From Candidatus Pacearchaeota archaeon (GTDB lineage: Archaea; Nanobdellota; Nanobdellia; Pacearchaeales; GW2011-AR1): 64,000 bases of DNA. A program made the translations under genes and the position numbers. Positions 50,720-60,238 of the stretch are shown here, piece after piece; within the stretch, counting starts at the first letter, position 1, and each line of letters starts with the position of its first letter. The notes beneath the pieces are model-generated. The model was not told where the DNA came from, made no database searches, and saw nothing but the letters and a program-made list of their open reading frames with translations. The DNA is taken from contig JAVYLW010000001.1 of assembly GCA_038740375.1 (NCBI GenBank), positions 11,530 through 75,529 of the forward strand, in the 5' to 3' direction.

Positions 50720-50784
50720 TTATGTGATGCACATAATTACAACTTTGTATGATGCACATAAAAAATATTAGGTGATACGTATAA
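50720..50784. repeat. Three related 17-bp sites (res-like subsites or iterons)
   Basis: TTATGTGATGCACATAA 50720-50736, TTGTATGATGCACATAA 50745-50761, TTAGGTGATACGTATAA 50768-50784. Confidence 0.7.
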
Positions 50785-50920
50785 GAAAAGTGCTATTTTT
50801 ACTGCTAATATAAATGAAATGAAAAAATTAACTGGCTTAACTCAAAATAGACTCACACCTAACAATTATCGACGATATTTTTATGGATACAAATAAAAAG
50901 AAGGACTGTTTATTTTTATT

Positions 50921-51100
50921 ATGAAGATTATTTTAACAATCAAATCGAACAAAGGAATACATACAACTCCAAAAGAAAATGATTTTATTGTTGAGAAGAT
51001 TTTGGAAGTTGGTTCTTATTTAGAGAAAAAGTTTGGTAATGTCAAAATTGGAAAGTGTAAGTGTTTATATGATGGTGTTACACTTATACTCAAAAGTTAA
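50921..51100 (+). CDS. Small hypothetical protein (59 aa; not in the ORF track)
   Basis: ATG 50921 to TAA 51100. Confidence 0.45.
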   Translation: MKIILTIKSNKGIHTTPKENDFIVEKILEVGSYLEKKFGNVKIGKCKCLYDGVTLILKS

Positions 51101-51234
51101 GGTATAGGTAGTATAAAAACACCTCAAATTTGTTCTTAAAAGGACTTATAGGGAAGAAAATGAACTCCCATAATGGTTTTTATTATGTTTTTGAAAATTA
51201 ATCATTTTTGATTGTATATTAACTAAACCACTAC

Positions 51235-51282
51235 TTATCGTTTATCATACACTATAAGTGTGTATGATAAGATAAACGATAA
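51235..51282. repeat. Nested inverted repeats (hairpin/cruciform)
   Basis: TTATCATACAC 51242-51252 / GTGTATGATAA 51260-51270; TTATCGTTTATC 51235-51246 / GATAAACGATAA 51271-51282. Confidence 0.75.
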
Positions 51283-52180
51283 AGTGTAACGTGGTTGTCA
51301 ATTATTGAAATGTTAAATTTGTTGATATGATAATTGATAAGATGATTTTTAATTGTATATGTTCAATTTTTTTAATTTTTATTACTTTTTATGTATTTGT
51401 GATTATTGGGGAAATGGAGTTTGGTGTTAGGGGGTGATAAAATCCAATAAAACAATACTAAAAGTTCATTAAAAATTACATTAAAGTGTATATGGGAATA
51501 CGAATGGCTTGTATTCCTCAAAATGTTAAAAGTGTGGTGGCAAAAGATTATTAAAGTTTAATATAGTGGACACTTTGTGCTACTATATTATAAAATAAAT
51601 TTTCTAATTAATTAATAAGTACGATTATATTTTAAACAAAAGTTGAACTATATTTATTAATAATGTTCATTTTAAATTTTATTATACTATTAAATTATAT
51701 ACAAAAACTATTCTTTCAAATCTATAATATATTTGACTACTCCTTTTTTCCAATTAACTATTTTTCTCCAAGTTGCTTGAGGATAATTTTTTATTATATG
51801 CTCAATTATTCCCCATTTCTTCTCTAAAGCAAGATTTGCTCCTCCAATTAATACAAAAGATAATTTAATTATCATTTTAATCTATTATAAATAGTATTTT
51901 TTCTTTAAATAAAAAACTATTTATTGAAATATATATTTTAATTATATACATATTTATAAACAAAAAACTTGAAGAGTGATAACATTTAATTTTATAGTGG
52001 TAATAGGAAGATTAAATAAATTTAAATAATTACTAAATTGACTATTCTCTCAAAATTTTTTAAAAATATCTTTCTTTAAAAAAGAATAAAAATATTATTA
52101 AGATTCATAATTGAGTTATATCAAAATGTTTTTAATCTTTTTAAAGCTATTATTTAAAAATTAAAATTTAAATTTAAAAA

Positions 52181-53002
52181 ATGGCAATAATATACTCTCA
52201 TTCAAAACTGTCTAGTTTTGAACAATGTCCTTTAAAATACAAATTCAGATATATAGATAATATTGAGCCAGAAATAAAACAAACTATTGAAGGTTTTTTA
52301 GGAAATAGAGTTCACGATACTTTAGAATATCTTTATAACGAAATTAAAAAGGATAGTCGCGTTCCAGAATTAGACGAAATAATAAAATTTTATAATAATT
52401 TATGGTATCAAGAATATTCTGAAGATATTAAAATCGTTAATGAAAATATGAATGTAGAATATTATTACAATTTAGGAATTAAATTTTTAATAGATTATTA
52501 TTTTAGTAATAGACCCTTTAAAGATAACACTATAGCAACTGAAATGAAAATAACAGTTTCTCTTGATTCTGAAGAAAAATTTCAGATTCAAGGGTATATA
52601 GATAGATTAGTGCATCATAAGGATACAAACATTTTTGAGATACACGACTATAAGACAGGTAATTTTTTAAAATCTCAAGAAGAATTAGATAAAGACAGGC
52701 AATTAGCTTTATACTCTTTAGGAATAAGAGATATGTTTCCAGAAGCAAAAGATGTTCTTTTAATATGGCATTTTCTTGCTTTCAACAAAAAAATAATTTC
52801 AAAAAGAACAATTGAGGAATTAGAAAAATTAAAACAAGACACTATACTCTTAATTAACAAAATTGAGAATGCTAAAAATTTTCCAGCAAAACCGAGTTGT
52901 CTTTGCAAATGGTGTGAGTTTCAAAAAATTTGTCCTGAAGTAAAATTTGAGTTAATAAAAGAGAATGTTGATATTTGTAAAATAGAAGATAATGGAGTGT
53001 AA
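52181..53002 (+). CDS. PD-(D/E)XK nuclease, RecB/Cas4-like (solo)
   Basis: SHSKL..CPLKY, G..VH, GYIDRL, HDYKTG, QLALY, CKWCEFQKIC. Confidence 0.88.
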   Translation: MAIIYSHSKLSSFEQCPLKYKFRYIDNIEPEIKQTIEGFLGNRVHDTLEYLYNEIKKDSRVPELDEIIKFYNNLWYQEYSEDIKIVNENMNVEYYYNLGIKFLIDYYFSNRPFKDNTIATEMKITVSLDSEEKFQIQGYIDRLVHHKDTNIFEIHDYKTGNFLKSQEELDKDRQLALYSLGIRDMFPEAKDVLLIWHFLAFNKKIISKRTIEELEKLKQDTILLINKIENAKNFPAKPSCLCKWCEFQKICPEVKFELIKENVDICKIEDNGV

Positions 53003-53098
53003 TTAATAAAATAACTTACCACAAATATACTAATTCTAAAAAGCAAGATTTTCTAAAGTATAGTTTTATAAACTTTATTTATTTTTAAATATTAAAAT

Positions 53099-53515
53099 AT
53101 GAAAAAAAAAGAGAAAATAGAAAAGAGTGTAAAAGAAATAAAAAAAACAGAAAAAAAAGAGATTAAAATAAGTTTCATTTTAAATATTATTGGAGGTATA
53201 TTCAATTTTATTTTTTGCATATTTTTGATATATAATCTTATTCTTTATATGCAAAAAGATTCTTATTTAGGAGAAATAAACACCGCAATTTCAATTTTAT
53301 TATTCGTATTAATCTTTTGTTTTTTTATTGCAGGAATTTTTATATTATACTCAGGATTTTTAATGAGAAAAGGAGGAGGAGAAGCTAAAAGAGGAGCTAC
53401 GATATCCTTAATTTTTGGAATTTTAACTTTTAATTTATTAGCAATAATATCAAGTTTTGTATGTTATTTAAACTCATATACAAATTTAACAATACCTAAT
53501 AAAGCTAGTAATTAA
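53099..53515 (+). CDS. Membrane protein (DUF4064-like)
   Basis: Three to four hydrophobic helices. Confidence 0.7.
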   Translation: MKKKEKIEKSVKEIKKTEKKEIKISFILNIIGGIFNFIFCIFLIYNLILYMQKDSYLGEINTAISILLFVLIFCFFIAGIFILYSGFLMRKGGGEAKRGATISLIFGILTFNLLAIISSFVCYLNSYTNLTIPNKASN

Positions 53516-53544
53516 AAACTTAATCTACTTTATCTCTTTTCATT

Positions 53545-55584
53545 TTATACAAAATTAAATTCTAAGACTCTTACATCCGGAGAAAAAAGTTCTATTTTAT
53601 CATCTTTTGAACGAAGTCCTCTATAAACTCTTTGTAAAAGTTCGCGATTTGCTTTATCTATATAAAAGGGCATAAAAATAAGCGGTCTTGTTTTTTTTAA
53701 TATTTTCCAAAATATTCCATTCACATTAGGATACGGAAACTTAGTAATTACTATACTATTACACATGTCTCCTGGAAAATCAATCCCTCTATTACATTTA
53801 GTAGTAAAAAGTATATCTAATTTTTTATTTTTAAAATCAAATATCCTCTCTCCTAAAGAGTCATTTTTTTGTATTTCAATAAGTTCATCTTGTGTTGGCA
53901 AATTATTTAGATTATACATTTTTTTTTCTTTATCTGTTGGAAGATCGTTAAACGCAGTAACATTAACTAAAACAGGTTTTTTTGAGATATCAACTATTTT
54001 AGATAGCGCTGTCAAATATTTTTCTCTTGTTATTAAATTTTTTTGAAAACTTTCATAACTACAATCCATTTCCAGATTTGTTTTATTTTTAATAATTTTT
54101 CCCTGAGTCTTTGTCTCTGCATAAATAATTTTAAAATCCGTTATACCAAAGATGTTTCTTATAACAAATTCAGAATGAATAGTTCCAGACATTAAAATTA
54201 AAATTTTATTTTTATTTAAAAGTTCTTTAAATTTTTTTTCAAGATTTGTTGTGACTAAACTTATTATAAAGTCGTTTTCCTTTTTTTCTATTGAAAAAAA
54301 AGTTTCATCAAAAAATTTAGAAAAAGATCTTGCAACTTCATCTAAATGACATAAGTAACTTGACTCATCAGTTTCTATTATATCCATTAAATCAGAATTT
54401 TCTAGGACAGTTTTTAAAAGATATTCAATGTCAGTATTTTTGATTGGAAAAATGTCTGAATTTTCACCATATCTTTTTGATATTTTTATATTATTCGTTA
54501 TGTCATTTAATAATTTAATAAATTTCTTTATTTTGATGTCTTCTTCATGAACAGAATTTAAAGCAAAGAATAATTTATTTAAACTGATATTTTCTTCAAC
54601 TGTAAAGCTGTCTAAAAATTCGTCACATTCATCAATTATCTCTATTTCTGTTAAAGGTTTTCTATTCATTAAAGATTCTATTTTGTATTTTAAAGAGTTA
54701 AAAATAATAACGTCCGATTCTGCATAAGAAATATATTGATCGTAATATCCGCAACCAGGCTTTCTTCTATTTATAACAAATTTTTTATTAGAAAGTCCAT
54801 TATAACTTATTTTTTTAGAATCCTTGAGGTTATTATTAGAATATTCTGCAGGTAAAATAGGCGACCAGTAAGGACATAAAGGAGCTATTAAAATTCTTTT
54901 TATATCTTTAATATCCTCAAATTCATAAATTTCTTTATCAAGATTTTCTTTAATATAATTTTTTATAATTTCTATGTTCTTTTCTTTTATTTCTATTTTA
55001 CAAGGTATATAATCATTGTCGCAAGAAAAATCTGTATTATTCTTTAAATTATTTTCTTCTTCTTCAGAATTTTTAAATAAAGAAATGTTTCTTTCTTTTT
55101 TTAAACTTATAACTCTTCTTAATTCTTTATTTTCTTCTAAAAATCTACATTTAAAATTTTTACGACCAATTATAGAAGAAATTTTTAATTTTTCATTTTT
55201 TTCAAGTTCTTTCTTTAAATTAGGATAATTAACAAATTCCGGAAAGTCATCAACTCTAAATTTATTTTTTTTAAATACATATTTTTTATGAGTATAATCT
55301 TTAATATATTGTTCTTGGAGAGACTTTATTGGAACAACAATAGATGTTTTTCCAAATTCACGAGCAAGATTAAGAGCTATAGCAGATTTTCCAGTTCCAC
55401 ATATTCCCTTTATAAAAATTATTCTACATCCTTTTTTAATTTCTTCAATTACTTCTTCTATTACATTTAATTGAGTTTTTCCATTAGAGTAAACTAATGG
55501 AGCTAACTCTTTTTCTTCTTCAAAAAGAGACCAAGTCATAAAATAATAATTAAAATAAAGATATATAAATATAAAGGATAACAA
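53545..55584 (-). CDS. DinG/XPD (Rad3)-related helicase; start probably at the internal MTWSL
   Basis: CGTGKS, GRKNFKC, DECD, MSGT, RGIDFPG, FPYPN, QRVYRGLRS. Confidence 0.85.
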   Translation of the reverse strand: MLSFIFIYLYFNYYFMTWSLFEEEKELAPLVYSNGKTQLNVIEEVIEEIKKGCRIIFIKGICGTGKSAIALNLAREFGKTSIVVPIKSLQEQYIKDYTHKKYVFKKNKFRVDDFPEFVNYPNLKKELEKNEKLKISSIIGRKNFKCRFLEENKELRRVISLKKERNISLFKNSEEEENNLKNNTDFSCDNDYIPCKIEIKEKNIEIIKNYIKENLDKEIYEFEDIKDIKRILIAPLCPYWSPILPAEYSNNNLKDSKKISYNGLSNKKFVINRRKPGCGYYDQYISYAESDVIIFNSLKYKIESLMNRKPLTEIEIIDECDEFLDSFTVEENISLNKLFFALNSVHEEDIKIKKFIKLLNDITNNIKISKRYGENSDIFPIKNTDIEYLLKTVLENSDLMDIIETDESSYLCHLDEVARSFSKFFDETFFSIEKKENDFIISLVTTNLEKKFKELLNKNKILILMSGTIHSEFVIRNIFGITDFKIIYAETKTQGKIIKNKTNLEMDCSYESFQKNLITREKYLTALSKIVDISKKPVLVNVTAFNDLPTDKEKKMYNLNNLPTQDELIEIQKNDSLGERIFDFKNKKLDILFTTKCNRGIDFPGDMCNSIVITKFPYPNVNGIFWKILKKTRPLIFMPFYIDKANRELLQRVYRGLRSKDDKIELFSPDVRVLEFNFV

Positions 55585-55602
55585 ATTATGTTATTTTTAT
55601 AG

Positions 55603-56238
55603 CTATTCATTTTCTTCAGAACGTATATATTCTATTACAGTATAGAAGCATCTTAATAAAAATTCTACAAAGAATATTAGTATTAAAAATATTAATAACA
55701 TATCAATAAAATTAGGTAAGTTAATTATTCTTTCATATATTCTGCTAAAATTTAAAAATCTTGGATTAATTACAAATATAACAAGTAATGTAAATGGAAA
55801 AGCTTTTGCAATTTCTCTTGCTAAATCCTGTTTTATATATGCAGCAATTCTAGCAGATACTATTATTGCTGTCGATAATAATAATACTTCAGATAACTCA
55901 AGAGACTCTGACAATAGAAAAATAAAAAATGAGAATGCAGCATACCAAAATATAACTAAAAATGGAAGTATTATTAAGTATTCTAATATAAACCAAATAA
56001 CAGCAAAAAATTTTGCAGAATCCTTATTTAATAATTTATTATATTTTTTTAAGTTTAATTTAATTATTTCTCTTGAACCCATTAATTTATAAAATTTCCA
56101 CGTGAATATGCCATATAACAATATTAATAAAACATAAAATCCTAAAATCATTAAAGTTTTATAAGGTTCTTCAACAGTGTCTATAAATTTTTTTATATAT
56201 TCAAAACTAAAATATAACACCTCTTCTAATATTTTCAT
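55603..56238 (-). CDS. Multi-pass membrane protein
   Basis: 211 aa, about five TM helices. Confidence 0.75.
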   Translation of the reverse strand: MKILEEVLYFSFEYIKKFIDTVEEPYKTLMILGFYVLLILLYGIFTWKFYKLMGSREIIKLNLKKYNKLLNKDSAKFFAVIWFILEYLIILPFLVIFWYAAFSFFIFLLSESLELSEVLLLSTAIIVSARIAAYIKQDLAREIAKAFPFTLLVIFVINPRFLNFSRIYERIINLPNFIDMLLIFLILIFFVEFLLRCFYTVIEYIRSEENE

Positions 56239-56368
56239 AAAAAATTTAATTTAAAATACTTAATAAAATTTTTGCTTAAAATTATCTTATTAGAAAATAT
56301 ATTTTTTATTATTTCTATACTTATTAATTTATCAATAATTAATCTCTTAAATTTTTTCTATATCTTCT

Positions 56369-56746
56369 TTATTGATATTCATTCCCTATAATATTTTTTT
56401 CTAAATTATTATAGCAATCATTTATAAAATTCTTATTTTCAAGATTAATATTCTTTTTAGAACTATAATTTTTTATCGCTTTTTCAATTTCCTCTCTTTT
56501 AGAAGGTTCAATTACTAAATTACAATACATTATAAATCCTCCTTTTTGAGCTTTTATTCTTAAAGTTTTTGTAGTATCATTATAATATTGTATTTTTGTT
56601 TCAAATCTATTCGCATAATTTCTGCAAATAAATCTTCCACCACCATTTATTTTAACTCCTGGTAAAAGTTCTAAAAAACAATAAAAATCATAAAGCGAAG
56701 AAGGTATTCTATGTCTTTTTCCATCAAGCCTTATTGTACCTTTCAT
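56369..56746 (-). CDS. Hypothetical protein
   Basis: 125-aa ORF downstream of rps9. Confidence 0.65.
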   Translation of the reverse strand: MKGTIRLDGKRHRIPSSLYDFYCFLELLPGVKINGGGRFICRNYANRFETKIQYYNDTTKTLRIKAQKGGFIMYCNLVIEPSKREEIEKAIKNYSSKKNINLENKNFINDCYNNLEKNIIGNEYQ

Positions 56747-56770
56747 AATATAAAATTAATCTTATTAAGT

Positions 56771-57178
56771 TTATCTGAATGATTTCTGTCTTTTTCTTCT
56801 AGCTTTTGAATCTCCTGGTTTATAAGCTTCTTTTCTTCTTGTGTCTGATATAAGTAAATTTTTATCGTATCTTAGATACGCTTTTTTTAATTCTTGAGAT
56901 TTTGATAAACTAACAATTGCTCTTGCAATTGCAAGTCTTGCAGCATGATTCTGACTAGAGCTTCCTCCAGATTTAACATTAACAAATATATCATATTTAA
57001 AATCACCTAGTACTTTTTTTGCAATTTCAATAGGTTCTTCTATTTCAAGTCTTTTAAAAAAATCAAGATTTTGATAAGGAATGTTATTTATGAAAACTTT
57101 TCCATTTCCTTCTACTATTGTTGCTTTTGCAATTGCAGTTTTTCTTTTTCCACCAACTACTATTTTTTTATCAATCAT
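56771..57178 (-). CDS. rps9: 30S ribosomal protein S9 (uS9)
   Basis: GKRKTAIA, SGGSSSQ, ARRKRQKSFR. Confidence 0.97.
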   Translation of the reverse strand: MIDKKIVVGGKRKTAIAKATIVEGNGKVFINNIPYQNLDFFKRLEIEEPIEIAKKVLGDFKYDIFVNVKSGGSSSQNHAARLAIARAIVSLSKSQELKKAYLRYDKNLLISDTRRKEAYKPGDSKARRKRQKSFR

Positions 57179-57179
57179 T

Positions 57180-57587
57180 TTATAATTTTTCTGAAAGTTC
57201 TTTTATTTCTATGAATTTATTAGTTTTATTTGTTTTAATTTTTACCATTTCTTGATTTTCATACTCTTTTGGAATTCCCTCATAGCATTTTATTCTTTTT
57301 AAAGCCTCTCTTCCTTCACCCCATCTAAAATCCGGAAGCATTCCTCTTATAGCTCTTTTTACGATTCTATAACTTAATTTTGAATATTTAGGTCCTTTTT
57401 GCGAATAGCCTCCTTTTTTTCTTAATTTTCGATATTTTTCTATAATATTTTTTTTGTTTCCAGAAATTATAGCTTTTTCAGAATTTAAAATTATTATATC
57501 ATTTCCTTCTAATGCTTGCTTTGCAGCAAAACTAGCTAGTCTTCCTAAAATTGTTTCTTGTGCATCGATAATTATCTTTTTTGCCAT
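57180..57587 (-). CDS. rpl13: 50S ribosomal protein L13 (uL13)
   Basis: IDA..ILGRLAS, AIRGMLP. Confidence 0.97.
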   Translation of the reverse strand: MAKKIIIDAQETILGRLASFAAKQALEGNDIIILNSEKAIISGNKKNIIEKYRKLRKKGGYSQKGPKYSKLSYRIVKRAIRGMLPDFRWGEGREALKRIKCYEGIPKEYENQEMVKIKTNKTNKFIEIKELSEKL

Positions 57588-57595
57588 TTTATTTC

Positions 57596-57964
57596 TTATT
57601 TTTGTATTATTTTATAATCAGATAAATTAGAATTTTTCTCAAGTTCTTCTTTTATAGTTCTAAATTCACATCCTGCTTTTTTTAATTTTTCTTTTGCTTG
57701 TTTCGAATAAGATAGAGCTAGTATATTTAATTTTTTATTTTTATTTATTTCTCCACTTCCTAAAATTTTTCCAGGAACTATTATTTTCTCTTCTTTTATA
57801 TCGTTTAATTGAGATAAATTGATAGTAATTCTTTGTTTTGTTGAAACAGACAATTTTTTTGCAAGTTCTAAATTTCCACTTTTTTTAGATAAAAAAATAG
57901 TATCTACTAAGTATGGATTAGTTTTTCTTCTCATTTTTTTATTTATTTCTGTTTTTGATATCAT
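57596..57964 (-). CDS. rpl18e: 50S ribosomal protein L18e (eL18)
   Basis: RKTNP, VPGKILGSG, AKEKL..AG; position in cluster. Confidence 0.95.
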   Translation of the reverse strand: MISKTEINKKMRRKTNPYLVDTIFLSKKSGNLELAKKLSVSTKQRITINLSQLNDIKEEKIIVPGKILGSGEINKNKKLNILALSYSKQAKEKLKKAGCEFRTIKEELEKNSNLSDYKIIQK

Positions 57965-58218
57965 TTTTTGTCTTTTCAGTTCTTATTTAGGCTTTAGTAG
58001 AAGTCTATTTTAAATAACTTCTGCTATCGCTATTAACTCGCAGGTTTAAATCTTTTAGCAATAATGAGTTTATAAAGGTTTTTATATAAAACAAAAAAAC
58101 TGATAAGCTGATTTTTTTTGAAAATAGTGTTCAATAATTTAAAATATAGTTAAAATAAATGATATGCTAATAAGAATAAATTGTTAACATTGCTTAATAT
58201 ATGTTTAGTGTTCGGTAA

Positions 58219-58302
58219 TGCGGGGGAGAGGATTCGAACCCCTGCAGGCACTAAGCCAACACGTCCTTAGCGTGTCCTATTTGACCACTCTAGCACCCCC
58301 GC
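58219..58302 (-). tRNA. tRNA-Leu, anticodon AAG (84 nt, long variable arm, CCA not encoded)
   Basis: GCGGGGG acceptor stem, TGGTCAAA D-loop, ACACG-CTAAGGA-CGTGT anticodon arm, GGTTCGAATCC T-arm. Confidence 0.93.
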
Positions 58303-58439
58303 TTATAAATTAATAACAACATAGACTTTAATATTTTATTATTAAAAAATAATTGTAAATTTAAAATTTTTAAAAAAGCATAAAAATTAGTTTATAATAT
58401 AAAGAAAATTAATTAATTCTAATAATAAACTTCTTATCT

Positions 58440-59105
58440 CTATTTTATTTCTTTACTAAGTTCTTTTAAATTTTCATCAAGAGCTTCTGCTGCTTTTGGA
58501 ATAATATCTTTTACTGGAATTTGACCCCAAGATTCAACAAAAAATATTATTTCATTAACACTCTCGAGTTTTTTTATTTTCTGTTTTTGAATATCACTCA
58601 ATTTCTTTAGCTCTATTTCTTCTTCATCATAACTTACTTTTCCATTTTCGTCAATAATTACAAAATCAATTATTTCAGGATCAATATTATGTTTATAGTA
58701 TAAAAGTCCTGGAGAATATTTTATATGATCTATACCTTTTCCCAATCTTGCTTCGCATATCATTTCTAATTCTTGTTCATTATCAAGTATAACAATCGGA
58801 AGTTTATAATTAGTTCCTACATCAGGTTTTATGTCACTAGAATAAACAGTTTTCGGTCCAGTCTCTTTTATTTTAAATTTTATTTCTTTTATATTTTTAT
58901 CTGTTTTTATTGGAATTAATCCAATTCTATGCGCAATTATTTCGTCATAAAGTGCAGAATCGTTTTTAATAATCTCTATTTCGTCTATAGCCATTATAGG
59001 AATTTCAAGAACACTTCTTCTTATTGCATTAGCTAAGCTAATATTAATATCTGTGATAAAACTCATTTTTTGCTTATCTTTGTTAAATTCTTGTAACTTT
59101 ATCAT
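58440..59105 (-). CDS. rpoD: DNA-directed RNA polymerase subunit D (Rpo3)
   Basis: ANAIRR, NDSALYDEIIAHRIGLIP, ESWGQ. Confidence 0.95.
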   Translation of the reverse strand: MIKLQEFNKDKQKMSFITDINISLANAIRRSVLEIPIMAIDEIEIIKNDSALYDEIIAHRIGLIPIKTDKNIKEIKFKIKETGPKTVYSSDIKPDVGTNYKLPIVILDNEQELEMICEARLGKGIDHIKYSPGLLYYKHNIDPEIIDFVIIDENGKVSYDEEEIELKKLSDIQKQKIKKLESVNEIIFFVESWGQIPVKDIIPKAAEALDENLKELSKEIK

Positions 59106-59148
59106 GCATATATTTAATTTTAATAGTTTTTAAATTTTTATTACGATT

Positions 59149-59604
59149 TTATACTCTTCTTCCTCTTCTACCGTAAGGTTTTTTTGGACCTCCTTTTGCC
59201 ATTCTTGTGACATCTAATATGCTTACAATTTTAAATCCAGCTCTTGTTAAAGATTTAATTGCACTATGCGCTCCGGGTCCTGGGTTACGTTCATCAGTTT
59301 TAGCTCTTATTTTTACATAAAATCCAGTAATGCCGTTATCTTTTGCTTCTTCTGCTATTTTTTGAGCAACAAACATAGCAATTGTTGGATTTGCTTTTAA
59401 TCTTGATTGTTTTGTAGATTCACCACCCGAATATCTACAAATTGTATTTCCAGACATATCCGTTAAAGTCATTATAGTGTTGTTAAAAGTTGTATAAATA
59501 TGAAGTATTGCATATCTGTCTTCTTTTTCTTTCTTTTTTTTAATCTTTTCTTCACTAACCTGTTCTTCTACTTTTTCAATTATTTGTTGTTCATTTTCTA
59601 CCAT
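59149..59604 (-). CDS. rps11: 30S ribosomal protein S11 (uS11)
   Basis: FNNTI, PGPGA, GRRGRRV. Confidence 0.97.
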   Translation of the reverse strand: MVENEQQIIEKVEEQVSEEKIKKKKEKEDRYAILHIYTTFNNTIMTLTDMSGNTICRYSGGESTKQSRLKANPTIAMFVAQKIAEEAKDNGITGFYVKIRAKTDERNPGPGAHSAIKSLTRAGFKIVSILDVTRMAKGGPKKPYGRRGRRV

Positions 59605-59605
59605 C

Positions 59606-60163
59606 TTATTCTTTTAACATCTCTTCAATTTCTTCTTGCAAGTCTTTATTCTCTATATCTTCAATTTCATCTTTAATATTTTCTATTTTTGATTTTCTAT
59701 TAATTTCTTTTATTTTTAATACAATATTTAATTTTATTTTAGGTTCTTCTTCTAAATTTACTAGATAGGAAGGAACTGAAACTATTTGATTTCCGATTGA
59801 TACATGTTTATGTACTATAAGTTGTCTTGCTTGTTTAGGAGAATTAGCTAATTTTTTTTCAAAAACTATTGTTTGTAATCTTCTTTTTAAATAATCTTCT
59901 TTATCAAGTCCTAGTGCATCAGAAATAGTATTTATTTTAAAACCTTGTTTTTGTAGTTTTTCCACAAATTTTTGTTTTTCTTCTTCGGATTTAGTAATTA
60001 ATTTTTTTGCACGATTTCTTATTCTAGCAATTGCAGCATCAGCTTTCCATATTTCTTTCTTATTTTTTAAACCATACTTTTCAATAAGCAAATGTTCTTC
60101 TTGTATCCTTATTTTGTCATAAGGCTTTTTTGGTCTCGAATATTTTTTATGTTTTCTTATCAT
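59606..60163 (-). CDS. rps4: 30S ribosomal protein S4 (uS4)
   Basis: YGLKNKKEIW, RRLQT, QARQLIVHKH. Confidence 0.97.
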   Translation of the reverse strand: MIRKHKKYSRPKKPYDKIRIQEEHLLIEKYGLKNKKEIWKADAAIARIRNRAKKLITKSEEEKQKFVEKLQKQGFKINTISDALGLDKEDYLKRRLQTIVFEKKLANSPKQARQLIVHKHVSIGNQIVSVPSYLVNLEEEPKIKLNIVLKIKEINRKSKIENIKDEIEDIENKDLQEEIEEMLKE

Positions 60164-60238
60164 GGGAAATTTGCTAAAAAAATTTTAATACGAATAATTC
60201 CATAAATTTTCCAATTTTTATTTAATTTGTTGTTCATT

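Larger units (their letters stand above)
43010..51588. mobile_element. Integrated ~8.6 kb plasmid/virus-like element (tyrosine integrase, prim-pol/helicase, serine resolvase, cargo)
   Basis: Bounded by related 28-bp palindromic sites 43010-43037 and 51561-51588; mobile gene content; more G-rich codon style than the flanks. Confidence 0.8.

Noticed and set aside
43026..51572. Casposon or Tn7-like transposon suggested by TGT...ACA termini
   Set aside because: No Cas1, PolB or TnsB gene, and the flanks (CTTAA vs CTTTG) are not a target duplication; tyrosine-recombinase integration fits better
51708..51875. 55-aa minus-strand ORF just outside the element
   Set aside because: No recognisable motif; could be a gene fragment, insufficient support
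52181..53002. Cas4-like nuclease as a sign of a CRISPR-Cas locus
   Set aside because: No repeat-spacer array or other cas genes in the window; solo PD-(D/E)XK nucleases are common in archaea
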